Shown here one piece after another: positions 1 through 11,998 of a stretch of DNA of 45,153 nt (within the stretch, counting starts at the first letter, position 1; each line of letters begins with the position of its first letter). The DNA is from Trueperaceae bacterium. GTDB lineage: Bacteria > Deinococcota > Deinococci > Deinococcales > Trueperaceae. The position numbers and the translations under genes are program-made. A model generated the notes under the pieces. That model was not told where the DNA came from, did no database searches, and saw only the letters and a program-made list of their open reading frames with translations. Location: the NCBI GenBank assembly GCA_040905465.1, contig JBBDRK010000027.1, positions 1 through 45,153 on the forward strand. The letters are read 5' to 3'.

Positions 1-72
1 CAAAAACAAGAAATCAACAAGACCACGCAAACTGGATTATCAAGGTACTCACGCCAAGTGGCGCGAACACAA

Positions 73-101
73 ATTATGCAACGGCAGCCACCCCATGTCA
101 A
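73..101 (-). promoter_or_regulatory. Sigma70-type promoter firing leftwards out of the window (probable rRNA operon promoter)
   Basis: Minus strand TTGACA (101-96), 17-nt spacer, CATAAT (78-73). It is followed by a boxA-like GTACCTTGATAATC (48-35) and a T-rich leader ending TTGTTTTTG at base 1. Confidence 0.7.
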
Positions 102-171
102 CCCGAAACGGACGTCGGGGGGCGCGCTGCCGCTCCCGCCGAACTGTCCTCCTCTGCGGTAGGCTAACGCC

Positions 172-924
172 ATGGAACGCACCGCACTCGTCCGCTGGCT
201 GGACGATTATCTCGAAATCGCCGACTACTCGGACCCATCGCTCAACGGACTGCAGGTGGAAGGCGCCGCCGAGGTCGAAAAGGTGGCGGTAGCAGTGGAC
301 GCCAGCCTGGAGACGTTCGAGAAGGCCCGGGAGTTGGGTGCCGATATGCTGATCGTCCACCACGGCCTCTTCTGGGGCGCGCCGCTCGCCGTGACCGGTC
401 CTCACAGGAAACGCCTGACGTACCTCCTCGAGAACGAGATGAGCCTCTATGCCGCTCACATACCTCTCGACGCTCACCGCGAGGTGGGTAACAATTGGGG
501 CCTGGCGACCATCCTCGGAATGCGCGAACTGGCGGAGTTCGGGCTGTTCAAGGGCAAGCCCATCGGCGTCAAGGGACGGCTGAGCGAACCCATGCCGAGA
601 CGGTTGCTCGCCGGCCTGGTCGAAGAGAAGCTCGGCGAACCGGTAATGATGCTCGAAGGCGGCCCGGAACAGGTCGAGACGTTTGCAATCGTAAGCGGAG
701 GAGCGGCCTGGGACGTGGTGACGGCGGCCGATCAGGGCCTCGACGCGTTTCTCACCGGGGAGCCGCGCCACGAGGTGTTCCACGAAGCCTTCGAGCGCGG
801 CATCAACGCGCTGTTCGGCGGCCATTACATGACCGAGACCGTGGGGGTGAACCTGCTGGCGGGAAAGCTTCGGGACCTGCACGGCCTGAACGTCGAGTTC
901 GTCTACCTGCCCACGGGCCTCTGA
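172..924 (+). CDS. Nif3-like dinuclear metal-center hexameric protein (YbgI/NIF3 family)
   Basis: Motifs NGLQVEG, HHGLFW, LYAAHIPLDAH, GNN and GHYMTE. Leaderless TAGGCT-N6-ATG start. Confidence 0.95.
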   Translation: MERTALVRWLDDYLEIADYSDPSLNGLQVEGAAEVEKVAVAVDASLETFEKARELGADMLIVHHGLFWGAPLAVTGPHRKRLTYLLENEMSLYAAHIPLDAHREVGNNWGLATILGMRELAEFGLFKGKPIGVKGRLSEPMPRRLLAGLVEEKLGEPVMMLEGGPEQVETFAIVSGGAAWDVVTAADQGLDAFLTGEPRHEVFHEAFERGINALFGGHYMTETVGVNLLAGKLRDLHGLNVEFVYLPTGL

Positions 925-925
925 C

Positions 926-1576
926 GTGGCTGGACTGTTCATTGCATTCGAAGGCCCCGAAGGGGGCGGCAAGTCCACCCAGATCGCCGCGCTCGATGCA
1001 CGACTCAGGGCGAGCGGAGTCGATCCGGTAGTTACTCGAGAGCCGGGAGGTACCGGCGCCGGCGACGCCATCCGCCGGGTCGTGCTCGATCCCGCGCTCG
1101 AGGTTGCACCGCTCACCGAGTTTCTGCTCTACAGCGCCAGCCGTGCACAGCTCGTCAGCGAAATCCTGACGCCCGCCCTCGCCGCCGGCCGGGTGGTGGT
1201 AAGCGACCGCTTTTCCGGTGCGAGCCTCGCCTATCAGGGATACGGACGCCGTCTGGAACTGGACTTCATCGAAGAACTAACGCAGCGGGCCACCGGCGGC
1301 CTGAGGCCCGACCTCACGGTGCTGCTCGATCTCGAGCCCGAACAGGGGCTGGAGCGCATCTCGACACGCGGCGACTCCGATCGGCTGGAACTTGCCGACC
1401 TGGAGTTCCATCGCCGGGTCCGCCGTGGCTTCCTGAATCAGGCGACCGGCCGCGAGGACTGGCTGGTCCTCGACGCTACGCTCCTGGAGGAGGACCTGGC
1501 GAAAGCGATCTGGCAACGGGTGAGTCCGCTGCTGCCCGCTGGTGCCAGGTCGAGCGAGAAGAGGCCCAGCAGTTGA
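926..1576 (+). CDS. tmk: Thymidylate (dTMP) kinase
   Basis: FIAFEGPEGGGKSTQ P-loop, TREPGG, DRFxxxSLAYQGYGR. GTG start 1 nt after the upstream stop. Confidence 0.97.
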   Translation: MAGLFIAFEGPEGGGKSTQIAALDARLRASGVDPVVTREPGGTGAGDAIRRVVLDPALEVAPLTEFLLYSASRAQLVSEILTPALAAGRVVVSDRFSGASLAYQGYGRRLELDFIEELTQRATGGLRPDLTVLLDLEPEQGLERISTRGDSDRLELADLEFHRRVRRGFLNQATGREDWLVLDATLLEEDLAKAIWQRVSPLLPAGARSSEKRPSS

Positions 1577-2349
1577 AGCTGCCCTGGCCATTGCCGGCAT
1601 GGGTAGCGGTCGCCACGGTCATGGCCACCGTGGTCGCAGCCTGCGCGAGTCCGCCGGCCCAGTTGGCGCCTCAGGTCGAAGCGCGTTTCCCCCATGACCG
1701 GGAGGCGTTTACGCAAGGGCTCCTACTCGAGAATGGTTTGCTCTACGAGAGCACCGGCCTCTACGGACGCTCGTCGTTGCGTGAGGTAGATCCTGCGAGC
1801 GGAGCGGTAATTCGCATGCGGGATCTCGATCCGGGTCTGTTCGGTGAGGGCCTTGCCCTGGTAGGCGACCGGTTGATCCAACTAACCTGGCGTGCCGGGC
1901 TGGCTCTTGTCTACGACCTGGAAACGTTCGAGCCGCTCGGCAGTTTCCGATACCGGGGTGAAGGTTGGGGTCTGTGCTACGACGGTGAGGAGCTGTGGAT
2001 GTCCAACGGAAGCTCGTCATTGACGGTCCGTGACGCCGATACCTTCGAGGTGCGCCGGCGCGTCCCGGTTACCGCTCAGGGAGAACCGGTAGCGCGGCTC
2101 AACGAACTCGAGTGCGTCGGGCCGCACGTGTACGCCAACGTCTGGCAGACCGACAGCATCGTACGGATAGACAAATCCAGTGGCAGGGTCGATGCGCTGG
2201 TGGACGCATCCCGCTTACTCACCGGCGACACTCGCGCCGGCCTCTCGGCCGACGCGGTTCTCAATGGAATCGCATACGACGCAGACGATGATCTATTCCT
2301 CGTGACCGGCAAGCTGTGGCCGCTACTGTTTGCGGTTCGCTTCGACTAG
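1573..2349 (+). CDS. Glutaminyl-peptide cyclotransferase (plant/bacterial type I QC), predicted lipoprotein
   Basis: FTQGL, ESTGLYG, FGEGL, QLTW, EGWG, LNELE, ANVWQ, VLNGIA and TGKLWP motifs. Lipobox VAAC at residue 24. TTG start overlaps the tmk stop (TTGA). Confidence 0.93.
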   Translation: MKLPWPLPAWVAVATVMATVVAACASPPAQLAPQVEARFPHDREAFTQGLLLENGLLYESTGLYGRSSLREVDPASGAVIRMRDLDPGLFGEGLALVGDRLIQLTWRAGLALVYDLETFEPLGSFRYRGEGWGLCYDGEELWMSNGSSSLTVRDADTFEVRRRVPVTAQGEPVARLNELECVGPHVYANVWQTDSIVRIDKSSGRVDALVDASRLLTGDTRAGLSADAVLNGIAYDADDDLFLVTGKLWPLLFAVRFD

Positions 2350-2357
2350 GGAAGCTC

Positions 2358-2385
2358 TGCAACCCAATTGCAACCTTTTGCAACC
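2358..2385. repeat. Three direct TGCAACC repeats with 10-11 bp spacing
   Basis: TGCAACC at 2358, 2369 and 2379 in an AT-rich patch. Confidence 0.85.
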
Positions 2386-2424
2386 TATTTTGTGAGCACG
2401 GCCATCGGGAGGAGATGCCGCAAC

Positions 2425-2468
2425 GAAACGAGGCCCGCGCTCTGCCCCCTAGGTGCGGGCCTCGTTTC
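2425..2468. terminator. Probable bidirectional terminator hairpin between convergent genes
   Basis: Perfect 14-bp inverted repeat GAAACGAGGCCCGC / GCGGGCCTCGTTTC. Confidence 0.7.
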
Positions 2469-2502
2469 ATTGCCGATCGCCTCTTTCGGAACCGTGCGCT
2501 CC

Positions 2503-2895
2503 TCAGCCGCCGGACTTGCCGTCGCCCTGTTTGCTCGACGACGAGGTCGTGCGACCGTCGGATTTCGAGTCGGTCTTGGACTCTGCTTTGGCGTCCGACT
2601 TCGACTCCGACTTGGTTTCGGACTTCGAATCGGACTTCGAATCGGACTTGGCGTCCGATGTCGACTCGGCCTTCGTCTCACCGTCGCTCTTGGCCTTGGA
2701 AGACTGCGAACCCGACCCCTTGCGCGAGTCGTTGACGTAGAATCCGCTACCTTTGAAGGCGATTCCGACCGGCTGTACGAGACGCTTGACCGGGTCGCCC
2801 GACGCCGGATGTTCGGTAAGTGCCGGCTCGCTGATGCGCTGCGCCACCTCGAACGTTTCGCCTGTCCTGAGGTTCCTGTAAACGTAGACTGGCAT
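2503..2895 (-). CDS. FmdB-family zinc-ribbon-like protein (Cys-less) with low-complexity K/S/D/E tail
   Basis: MPVYVYRN..GETFEVAQRISEPALTEHP..G.PVKRL...GIAFKGSGFYVNDSR matches the FmdB pattern. RBS GGAGG lies before ATG 2895, so the ORF-track start at 3057 is too long. Confidence 0.88.
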   Translation of the reverse strand: MPVYVYRNLRTGETFEVAQRISEPALTEHPASGDPVKRLVQPVGIAFKGSGFYVNDSRKGSGSQSSKAKSDGETKAESTSDAKSDSKSDSKSETKSESKSDAKAESKTDSKSDGRTTSSSSKQGDGKSGG

Positions 2896-2975
2896 GCTTC
2901 CTCCACCTGTGGCGATATCGTCCTGCTGCTCGAAAACGCCGGCAGTTACTCTACCACCCCTGGTAAGCTGCTGCC

Positions 2976-3971
2976 ATGCGCCGCGCGTCATCTCCTGCCC
3001 GCCTGACGGTAGTGGGAGCCGGAGCATGGGGCACCGTGCTGGCCATACTACTCGCACGCAACGGCCACTCAGTGAAGCTCTGGGTCCGGCGCGAGGAGCT
3101 GGCCGACAGCATAAGGCGCAACCGCGAAAACGTAGCGCGCCTCCCGGGCATCGCGTTGCCGGCAGAAATCGACATCAGTACGGAACTCGAAACCGCGACG
3201 GGAGAGTCGGACGCTACATTCGTGGCAGTGCCAAGCAAGGTGTTGCCGGAGATCTCGGCGAGGTTTGGTGACGTTCCGGCAATCGTGTCGTGTAGCAAGG
3301 GATTGGCTCGACCCGGGTTGACCAGGCTGAGCGAGGTGATAGGCCGAATTCACCCGAGCAGCCAGACAGCGGTCCTCTCCGGCCCGAACCTGGCGTCGGA
3401 GATTGCCGCCGGCTTGCCGGCCGCCGCCGTTGCTGCATCGGTCGATGGCAAACTGGCGGAGCGCGTGCAAGGCTGGCTGCAGTCCCCTGCCTTCCGGGTC
3501 TACACCAGTCCGGACCCCACGGGAGTCGAAGTCGGCGGATCTCTCAAAAACGTCATAGCCTTGGCCGCCGGCATGTCCGACGGCCTGGGCTTGGGCGACA
3601 ACGCCAAGGCGTCTATCGTCACCCGTGGCCTGGTGGAGCTCGTTCGGGTAGGAGTGGAGCTCGGAGCCCGGCGAGAGACCCTCTACGGCCTGGCCGGGCT
3701 GGGCGACCTGATAGCCACCTGTTCCAGCCCCGGTTCCCGAAACCACATGGCTGGCGTTAGAATCACCGCCGGCGCAACGGCCGAAGAGCTGGACGCCGAC
3801 GGGCTGACGGCAGAAGGGGTGCCCACCGTGCGTGCGGCGTACGAGTTCGCCGCCGAGCGCAACCTGGAGCTGCCTATCACCGCCGAGGTCTACCGAGTGG
3901 TGTTCGAGCGAAAGGACCCGCGGCGCGCGCTCGACGATCTGATGTCCCGCGCGAAAAGATCGGAGTGGTGA
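2976..3971 (+). CDS. gpsA: NAD(P)H-dependent glycerol-3-phosphate dehydrogenase
   Basis: GAGAWG, SKGL, LSGPNLA, KNVIALAAG, GLGDNAK, GLGDLIATC and SRN motifs. Confidence 0.97.
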   Translation: MRRASSPARLTVVGAGAWGTVLAILLARNGHSVKLWVRREELADSIRRNRENVARLPGIALPAEIDISTELETATGESDATFVAVPSKVLPEISARFGDVPAIVSCSKGLARPGLTRLSEVIGRIHPSSQTAVLSGPNLASEIAAGLPAAAVAASVDGKLAERVQGWLQSPAFRVYTSPDPTGVEVGGSLKNVIALAAGMSDGLGLGDNAKASIVTRGLVELVRVGVELGARRETLYGLAGLGDLIATCSSPGSRNHMAGVRITAGATAEELDADGLTAEGVPTVRAAYEFAAERNLELPITAEVYRVVFERKDPRRALDDLMSRAKRSEW

Positions 3972-3996
3972 AGAGATAACTGTCCCGTCGAACGAA

Positions 3997-4926
3997 GTGA
4001 TCACGAACGGTGTAAACACGGCGATAGGCGTCCACCAGTTGAGCAAACGATACGGCGGTTCGACCGCGGTGGACGGCATCAGCTTCGAGGTAGGCAAGGG
4101 GGAGGTCGTCGGTTTTCTCGGACCCAACGGCGCGGGCAAGACCACCACGTTGCGGATGTTGGCGGGCCTGGTTCGTCCCAGTGGCGGAAGTTGTGAGATC
4201 CTCGGCCAGGCGGTGCGCGGTCCGACGCTCCGCGAAGTCGGAACTATGATAGAGGAGCCTTCGTTCTACCCCTATCTGAGCGGAAGAGCCAACCTGCAGC
4301 ACGCGGCGTTGCTCCACGGCGGCGTAAGACCGAGACGGATCGACGAGGTACTCGAGTTCGTCGGCATGGAGTTGGCGGCAGGCAAGCGCGTGTCGGCCTA
4401 CTCGCAGGGGATGCGGCAGCGTCTCGGCCTGGCGCGTTCCCTGTTGTGGAGCCCCGAGGTGCTGTTGTTGGACGAACCAACCAACGGCCTGGACCCCGTG
4501 GGCATCGCCGAGGTTCGGGACCAGCTCCGTGAAGTCGCCCGCCGCGGAGTAACAGTTCTGATCTCGTCGCACATCCTGTCCGAGTTGGAGAAGCTGGTGG
4601 GGCGGGTGCTGGTCATCGAACAGGGCCGGCTGCTCTACGCGGGTTCGCTCGACAGACTGATCCGCCGAATCGACGAGCAGCTGGTGCCTTACCTGCTGCT
4701 GTCGACCGATGCCGATGAGCTGTGCCGGGCGGCTGAGACGCTCGGACATCGGCTCGAACGGCTCGACGACGGCCGCCTGCGCATCTGGGTGCCGGACACG
4801 GAAAGTGACGCCCTGATCGGCCGCCTGAGCCGGCTGGGCGTCGAACTGATCGACGCGCGCCGCGAGAGCGACAGCCTCGAGGGTGCCTATCTGCGGCTGC
4901 TCAAGCAGGACGGCCGACCCTCATGA
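3997..4926 (+). CDS. ABC transporter ATP-binding protein (ABC-2/BcrA-like exporter)
   Basis: Walker [10 protein letters not shown], signature YSQGMRQRL, Walker B LLLDEPTNGLD, SSH switch. Confidence 0.93.
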   Translation: MITNGVNTAIGVHQLSKRYGGSTAVDGISFEVGKGEVVGFLGPNGAGKTTTLRMLAGLVRPSGGSCEILGQAVRGPTLREVGTMIEEPSFYPYLSGRANLQHAALLHGGVRPRRIDEVLEFVGMELAAGKRVSAYSQGMRQRLGLARSLLWSPEVLLLDEPTNGLDPVGIAEVRDQLREVARRGVTVLISSHILSELEKLVGRVLVIEQGRLLYAGSLDRLIRRIDEQLVPYLLLSTDADELCRAAETLGHRLERLDDGRLRIWVPDTESDALIGRLSRLGVELIDARRESDSLEGAYLRLLKQDGRPS

Positions 4927-5873
4927 GCGCTCTCGCCGCCGTGGTGCGCGCCGAACTGTTCAAGATGCTTCGCAAGCGGCGTACCTATGTGCTGGCGGCA
5001 CTCCTGTGGCTGTTGCTGCCGGCGCTGGTGCTGCTGATCGGCCGACTGCTCGAGATGAACCTGCGCGGAACCTTCGTCGACGAGTCGGAGACCGTTGCCA
5101 CCGTCGTGCGACAGCTCGCTTCGCCGTTCGGTATCGCCCGGGTCGCACTGGTGGGACCGGCGCTGCTGAGCCCCACCTTCTACATCATCGCCGTCGCCCT
5201 CGTATCCGGCGTCCTGGTGGGCGAAGAGCGAAGCCATCGTATGTGGAAGACGGTCCTGACTGCGCAGCCGAACAGGTTGGCGGTCCTGTCGGGAAAGCTG
5301 ATAGTGGCGATGCTGGTGCTCGGGGCCCTGTTCGCGGGCGGCTTTCTGGCCGCGAGCCTGTTTGGAGTCGCCGGAACGATGTTTCTGACAACCGACCTTA
5401 CCGGCGAATGGGGGGAACTCGTTCGGCTCTACCTGCTCCAGTGGCTCTTCGCCGGCGCAGCCACGATTTTCGCCTTTCTGATGATATTCGTAAGCCGCAA
5501 CGTATCGCTCGGAATGGTGCTGGTGTTCTTCCTGCCGCCGTTGCTGGAAGGGCTCTACTCGATCTACCGAACTACCGTGGGCGTGCAACCGCTGACGCGG
5601 CTGAATGCCGTCTTCCAGGCGCTCGAGCTGCAGGCCGCCATGGAGGCTCTACCGCGTTACTTCTTCACGGTGAATCTCTACGCTCCGGCACGCCGACCGT
5701 TGACGGACCTGGTGCGCCTGCTGGGAGGGCAACCGGGAAGCGATCTCGGTCCGCTGACAGTGTTGCTGAGAAACGACACGACACTGCTCCACTCCGGCCT
5801 GGTGATGCTCGGCTATGGACTCCTCTTCCTGGGCGCACTGATCTGGCTGTTCCTGCGTCGGGACGTCGATTGA
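4923..5873 (+). CDS. ABC-2 type transporter permease
   Basis: N-terminal AELFK, several TM helices, EE..R.WK..L...P.R..VL.GK motif, C-terminal FLRRDV. ATGA overlap with the ATPase gene. Confidence 0.9.
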   Translation: MSALAAVVRAELFKMLRKRRTYVLAALLWLLLPALVLLIGRLLEMNLRGTFVDESETVATVVRQLASPFGIARVALVGPALLSPTFYIIAVALVSGVLVGEERSHRMWKTVLTAQPNRLAVLSGKLIVAMLVLGALFAGGFLAASLFGVAGTMFLTTDLTGEWGELVRLYLLQWLFAGAATIFAFLMIFVSRNVSLGMVLVFFLPPLLEGLYSIYRTTVGVQPLTRLNAVFQALELQAAMEALPRYFFTVNLYAPARRPLTDLVRLLGGQPGSDLGPLTVLLRNDTTLLHSGLVMLGYGLLFLGALIWLFLRRDVD

Positions 5874-5904
5874 GTCGAGCAGTAGCAGTAACTCGTCCAT
5901 CTCC

Positions 5905-5933
5905 TTGACCCGGGCAACTGGCTGGGGGACAAT
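5905..5933 (+). promoter_or_regulatory. Putative metH promoter
   Basis: TTGACC-N17-GACAAT, predicting a 5' leader of about 85 nt. Confidence 0.55.
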
Positions 5934-6024
5934 ACAAGTATATCGTCGGGACCGACCGGCCCTCACGGTCGTTCGCGATCAACGACGGCACGACCCGACC
6001 CGACACCTGAAATCCGAGGCTCTC

Positions 6025-9708
<3,684 letters not shown>

Positions 9709-9726
9709 CCCGGTTGCCGTCTTTCA

Positions 9727-10245
9727 CTACACGCCTGACAACGGGCCGTGGCCTCCCAGGCCGAGCCAGCCGACCACCACCAGCCAGTGGATGAGGACCG
9801 CGGGCCATAACGACCCGGTACGCCTGTAAGCGACCAGGCAACTCACGCCCAGCAGCGCCACCAGAGCAAGGAACGTCGGGTCGGTGAATTGCGCGCCGCC
9901 GCCGAGCAGAGCGGCAGCGGGATGAATGAGCACGTAGGCCGTCACCGAGGATGCTGCGCTTACCCAGTTCGTCAGCCTGCCGCTGGCCTCGGCCCGACCC
10001 GGATTGGGCAGCACCCGGAAGAGAACCTCCTCGAGCAGCGCCGGCACGAGGAGGACTCGTAGCCCCAGCGCCAGCGACTCGGGCACGGGCAGCAGCCAGG
10101 TCGACCCGATGAGCTCGGCTCGAAGAGCGAGTGGCGTTGCCACCACAGCGAACCCCAAGGCCAGCAGTGCCGTCTCGGCCCAGCCCGATGCGCTTGGCCG
10201 CTGACCGGCAGCCCGGCGCAGCCGCTCGAGCAGCAGGGCGATCAT
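9727..10245 (-). CDS. CPBP family intramembrane glutamic endopeptidase (CAAX/Abi-like)
   Basis: EEVLFR motif, HP and HW motifs, multiple TM helices. Confidence 0.85.
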   Translation of the reverse strand: MIALLLERLRRAAGQRPSASGWAETALLALGFAVVATPLALRAELIGSTWLLPVPESLALGLRVLLVPALLEEVLFRVLPNPGRAEASGRLTNWVSAASSVTAYVLIHPAAALLGGGAQFTDPTFLALVALLGVSCLVAYRRTGSLWPAVLIHWLVVVGWLGLGGHGPLSGV

Positions 10246-10414
10246 GACCTCACCACACCGAATTCAGCATCTTGACTTCAGCGTGCTGCCTTCGCCACGC
10301 ACCCTGCTCACACTCTTCCCAGCTAGCACGATTACCTCGCCGAAGCTCCTCCTCGTTCTCAACGTGCGTCCCGGACCATACTCGCAGCCGGGCGCTATTC
10401 GGTATAACCGAGCA

Positions 10415-11191
10415 ATGGAGTGGATCAGCTCACCGGAAGCCTGGATCGCCCTCGTTACCCTTACCGTTCTCGAGATAGTCCTGGGCATCGACAACATAAT
10501 CTTCATCTCGATCCTATCGGGCAAGTTGCCGGAACACCTTCAAGCCCGGGCGCGAACCGTCGGACTGGCCGGGGCGATGGTCATGCGGATCCTGCTCCTG
10601 CTCTCCATCGCCTGGATCATCGGCCTCACCCGGCCGCTGTTCGAGTTGTTCGGAGTCTCGGTTTCGGGTCGCGATCTGATCCTGTTCTCCGGTGGCCTCT
10701 TCCTGCTCGGCAAGGCTACCCATGAGATCCACGACAAGCTCGAGGGCGAGGGCGACGGCGCGGCCATGCGGGTTACGCCGTCGTTCGCATCGGTAATAGG
10801 CCAGATAATGCTCCTCGACATCGTATTCTCGTTGGACTCGGTCATCACTGCGGTCGGCATGGCCGAGGACGTGGTGGTCATGGTCATCGCAGTTGTCATC
10901 GCCGTCGGAATAATGCTTGTCGCCGCCGGGCCTATCTCGGCCTTCGTCGAGCGTCATCCCACGGTAAAGATGTTGGCTCTGGGCTTCCTGCTGCTCATCG
11001 GCATGTCGCTGGTGGCCGAGTCATTCGGTCAACACATTCCGAAGGGGTACATCTACTTCGCCATGGGCTTCAGCGTGTTCATCGAACTGCTCAACCTGCG
11101 AGCTCGTGGCGTGCGACGCGAGCCGGTGAAACTGCGTGCACCATACGGTGACGAACCGGTGAGTGAAGGAGGGCACGCCGCCGAGCAGTGA
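10415..11191 (+). CDS. TerC family membrane protein (YegH-like N-terminal type)
   Basis: LEIVLGIDN, GRDLIL, DIVFSLDSVITAVG, IPKGYIYFAM. TATAAC-N6-ATG leaderless start at 10415. Confidence 0.95.
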   Translation: MEWISSPEAWIALVTLTVLEIVLGIDNIIFISILSGKLPEHLQARARTVGLAGAMVMRILLLLSIAWIIGLTRPLFELFGVSVSGRDLILFSGGLFLLGKATHEIHDKLEGEGDGAAMRVTPSFASVIGQIMLLDIVFSLDSVITAVGMAEDVVVMVIAVVIAVGIMLVAAGPISAFVERHPTVKMLALGFLLLIGMSLVAESFGQHIPKGYIYFAMGFSVFIELLNLRARGVRREPVKLRAPYGDEPVSEGGHAAEQ

Positions 11192-11206
11192 ACGACCCCA
11201 ACCCGG

Positions 11207-11941
11207 TCAGAGGATTCCTCCCAGATAGTCACCTACACTGGCTCGAATCGGCATGAAGTAGATGTTGCCGCCGTGGAGTTCGGTAAACGCCAGCGCGTCG
11301 CGCGCCAACTTCCGATTCCAGTCGAGGGTCGGCGAGAAGTCTGCCGGGAAGACCGCTCGGTTGCGACTCTGCCAGTAGAGCTGGGAGCGCCGGCTGGTTA
11401 CGGTGGTAACGCCCCAGAAGATCTGCATCCCGTCGAGCAGTTCACCGAAGACTTCCATGAGCCTGACGTCGAAAAACGGCTGGGTGAACAGGCTGGTCGC
11501 GCCGGCCTCCAACTTCTGCGTCGCGTAGGCTCGTTCGGCCTGAAATCCTTGGCGATACGGGTCGAATGCAGCGTGTACGGTCAGGTCCGGATGTTCACGG
11601 CGCAGCTTGCGGATGAGTTCGATCGAGGTGGTCGAGTAGACTGCCCGGGACATGTCGGCGGGTGCGTCGCCAGCCACCACCAGCACTTCATCGAGCCGGT
11701 CGCCGCAGAACTCCCCGGCGGCGGGGTGGGGCCGGGCGAGGTCTACGTCGATCGCCCGCAGGTGCGGTATGGCGTGGGCTACGTGGGCCAGTGCCTGACT
11801 GCAGCCTTGCCAGCTTCGCATTGGGAAGCGGCTGATGTCCGGGATGTTGACCGTGTCGACACGGGGAAACGCCTTGACCTGCTCGAGCTGAGTACGCAGG
11901 TCCGCTTCGGTGCGCGGCACCAGCTCGATAGAGATTCGCAT
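11207..11941 (-). CDS. metF: Methylenetetrahydrofolate reductase (short MetF-like)
   Basis: SIELVPR, VNIPD, IPHLRAID, VLVVAGD, K..AGA...FTQPFFD. MTHFR-like pattern. Confidence 0.82.
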   Translation of the reverse strand: MRISIELVPRTEADLRTQLEQVKAFPRVDTVNIPDISRFPMRSWQGCSQALAHVAHAIPHLRAIDVDLARPHPAAGEFCGDRLDEVLVVAGDAPADMSRAVYSTTSIELIRKLRREHPDLTVHAAFDPYRQGFQAERAYATQKLEAGATSLFTQPFFDVRLMEVFGELLDGMQIFWGVTTVTSRRSQLYWQSRNRAVFPADFSPTLDWNRKLARDALAFTELHGGNIYFMPIRASVGDYLGGIL

Positions 11942-11998
11942 CCGCCAATCGTATCAGGGCTCGAGGGCGGCGCGCTGCGCGCCGCGGTGCACGCCGCT

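Noticed and set aside
5940..6024. Known SAM-I, SAH or cobalamin riboswitch upstream of metH
   Set aside because: The hallmark sequences (AUC.AGAG/GCAACC, GAGGAGCG.UGC/CAGGCUC, B12 box) are absent. Kept only as an unknown-structure candidate.
9727..10245. CPBP/Abi protein as a phage-defence gene
   Set aside because: The Abi label of this family does not imply abortive infection, and there is no defence context around it.
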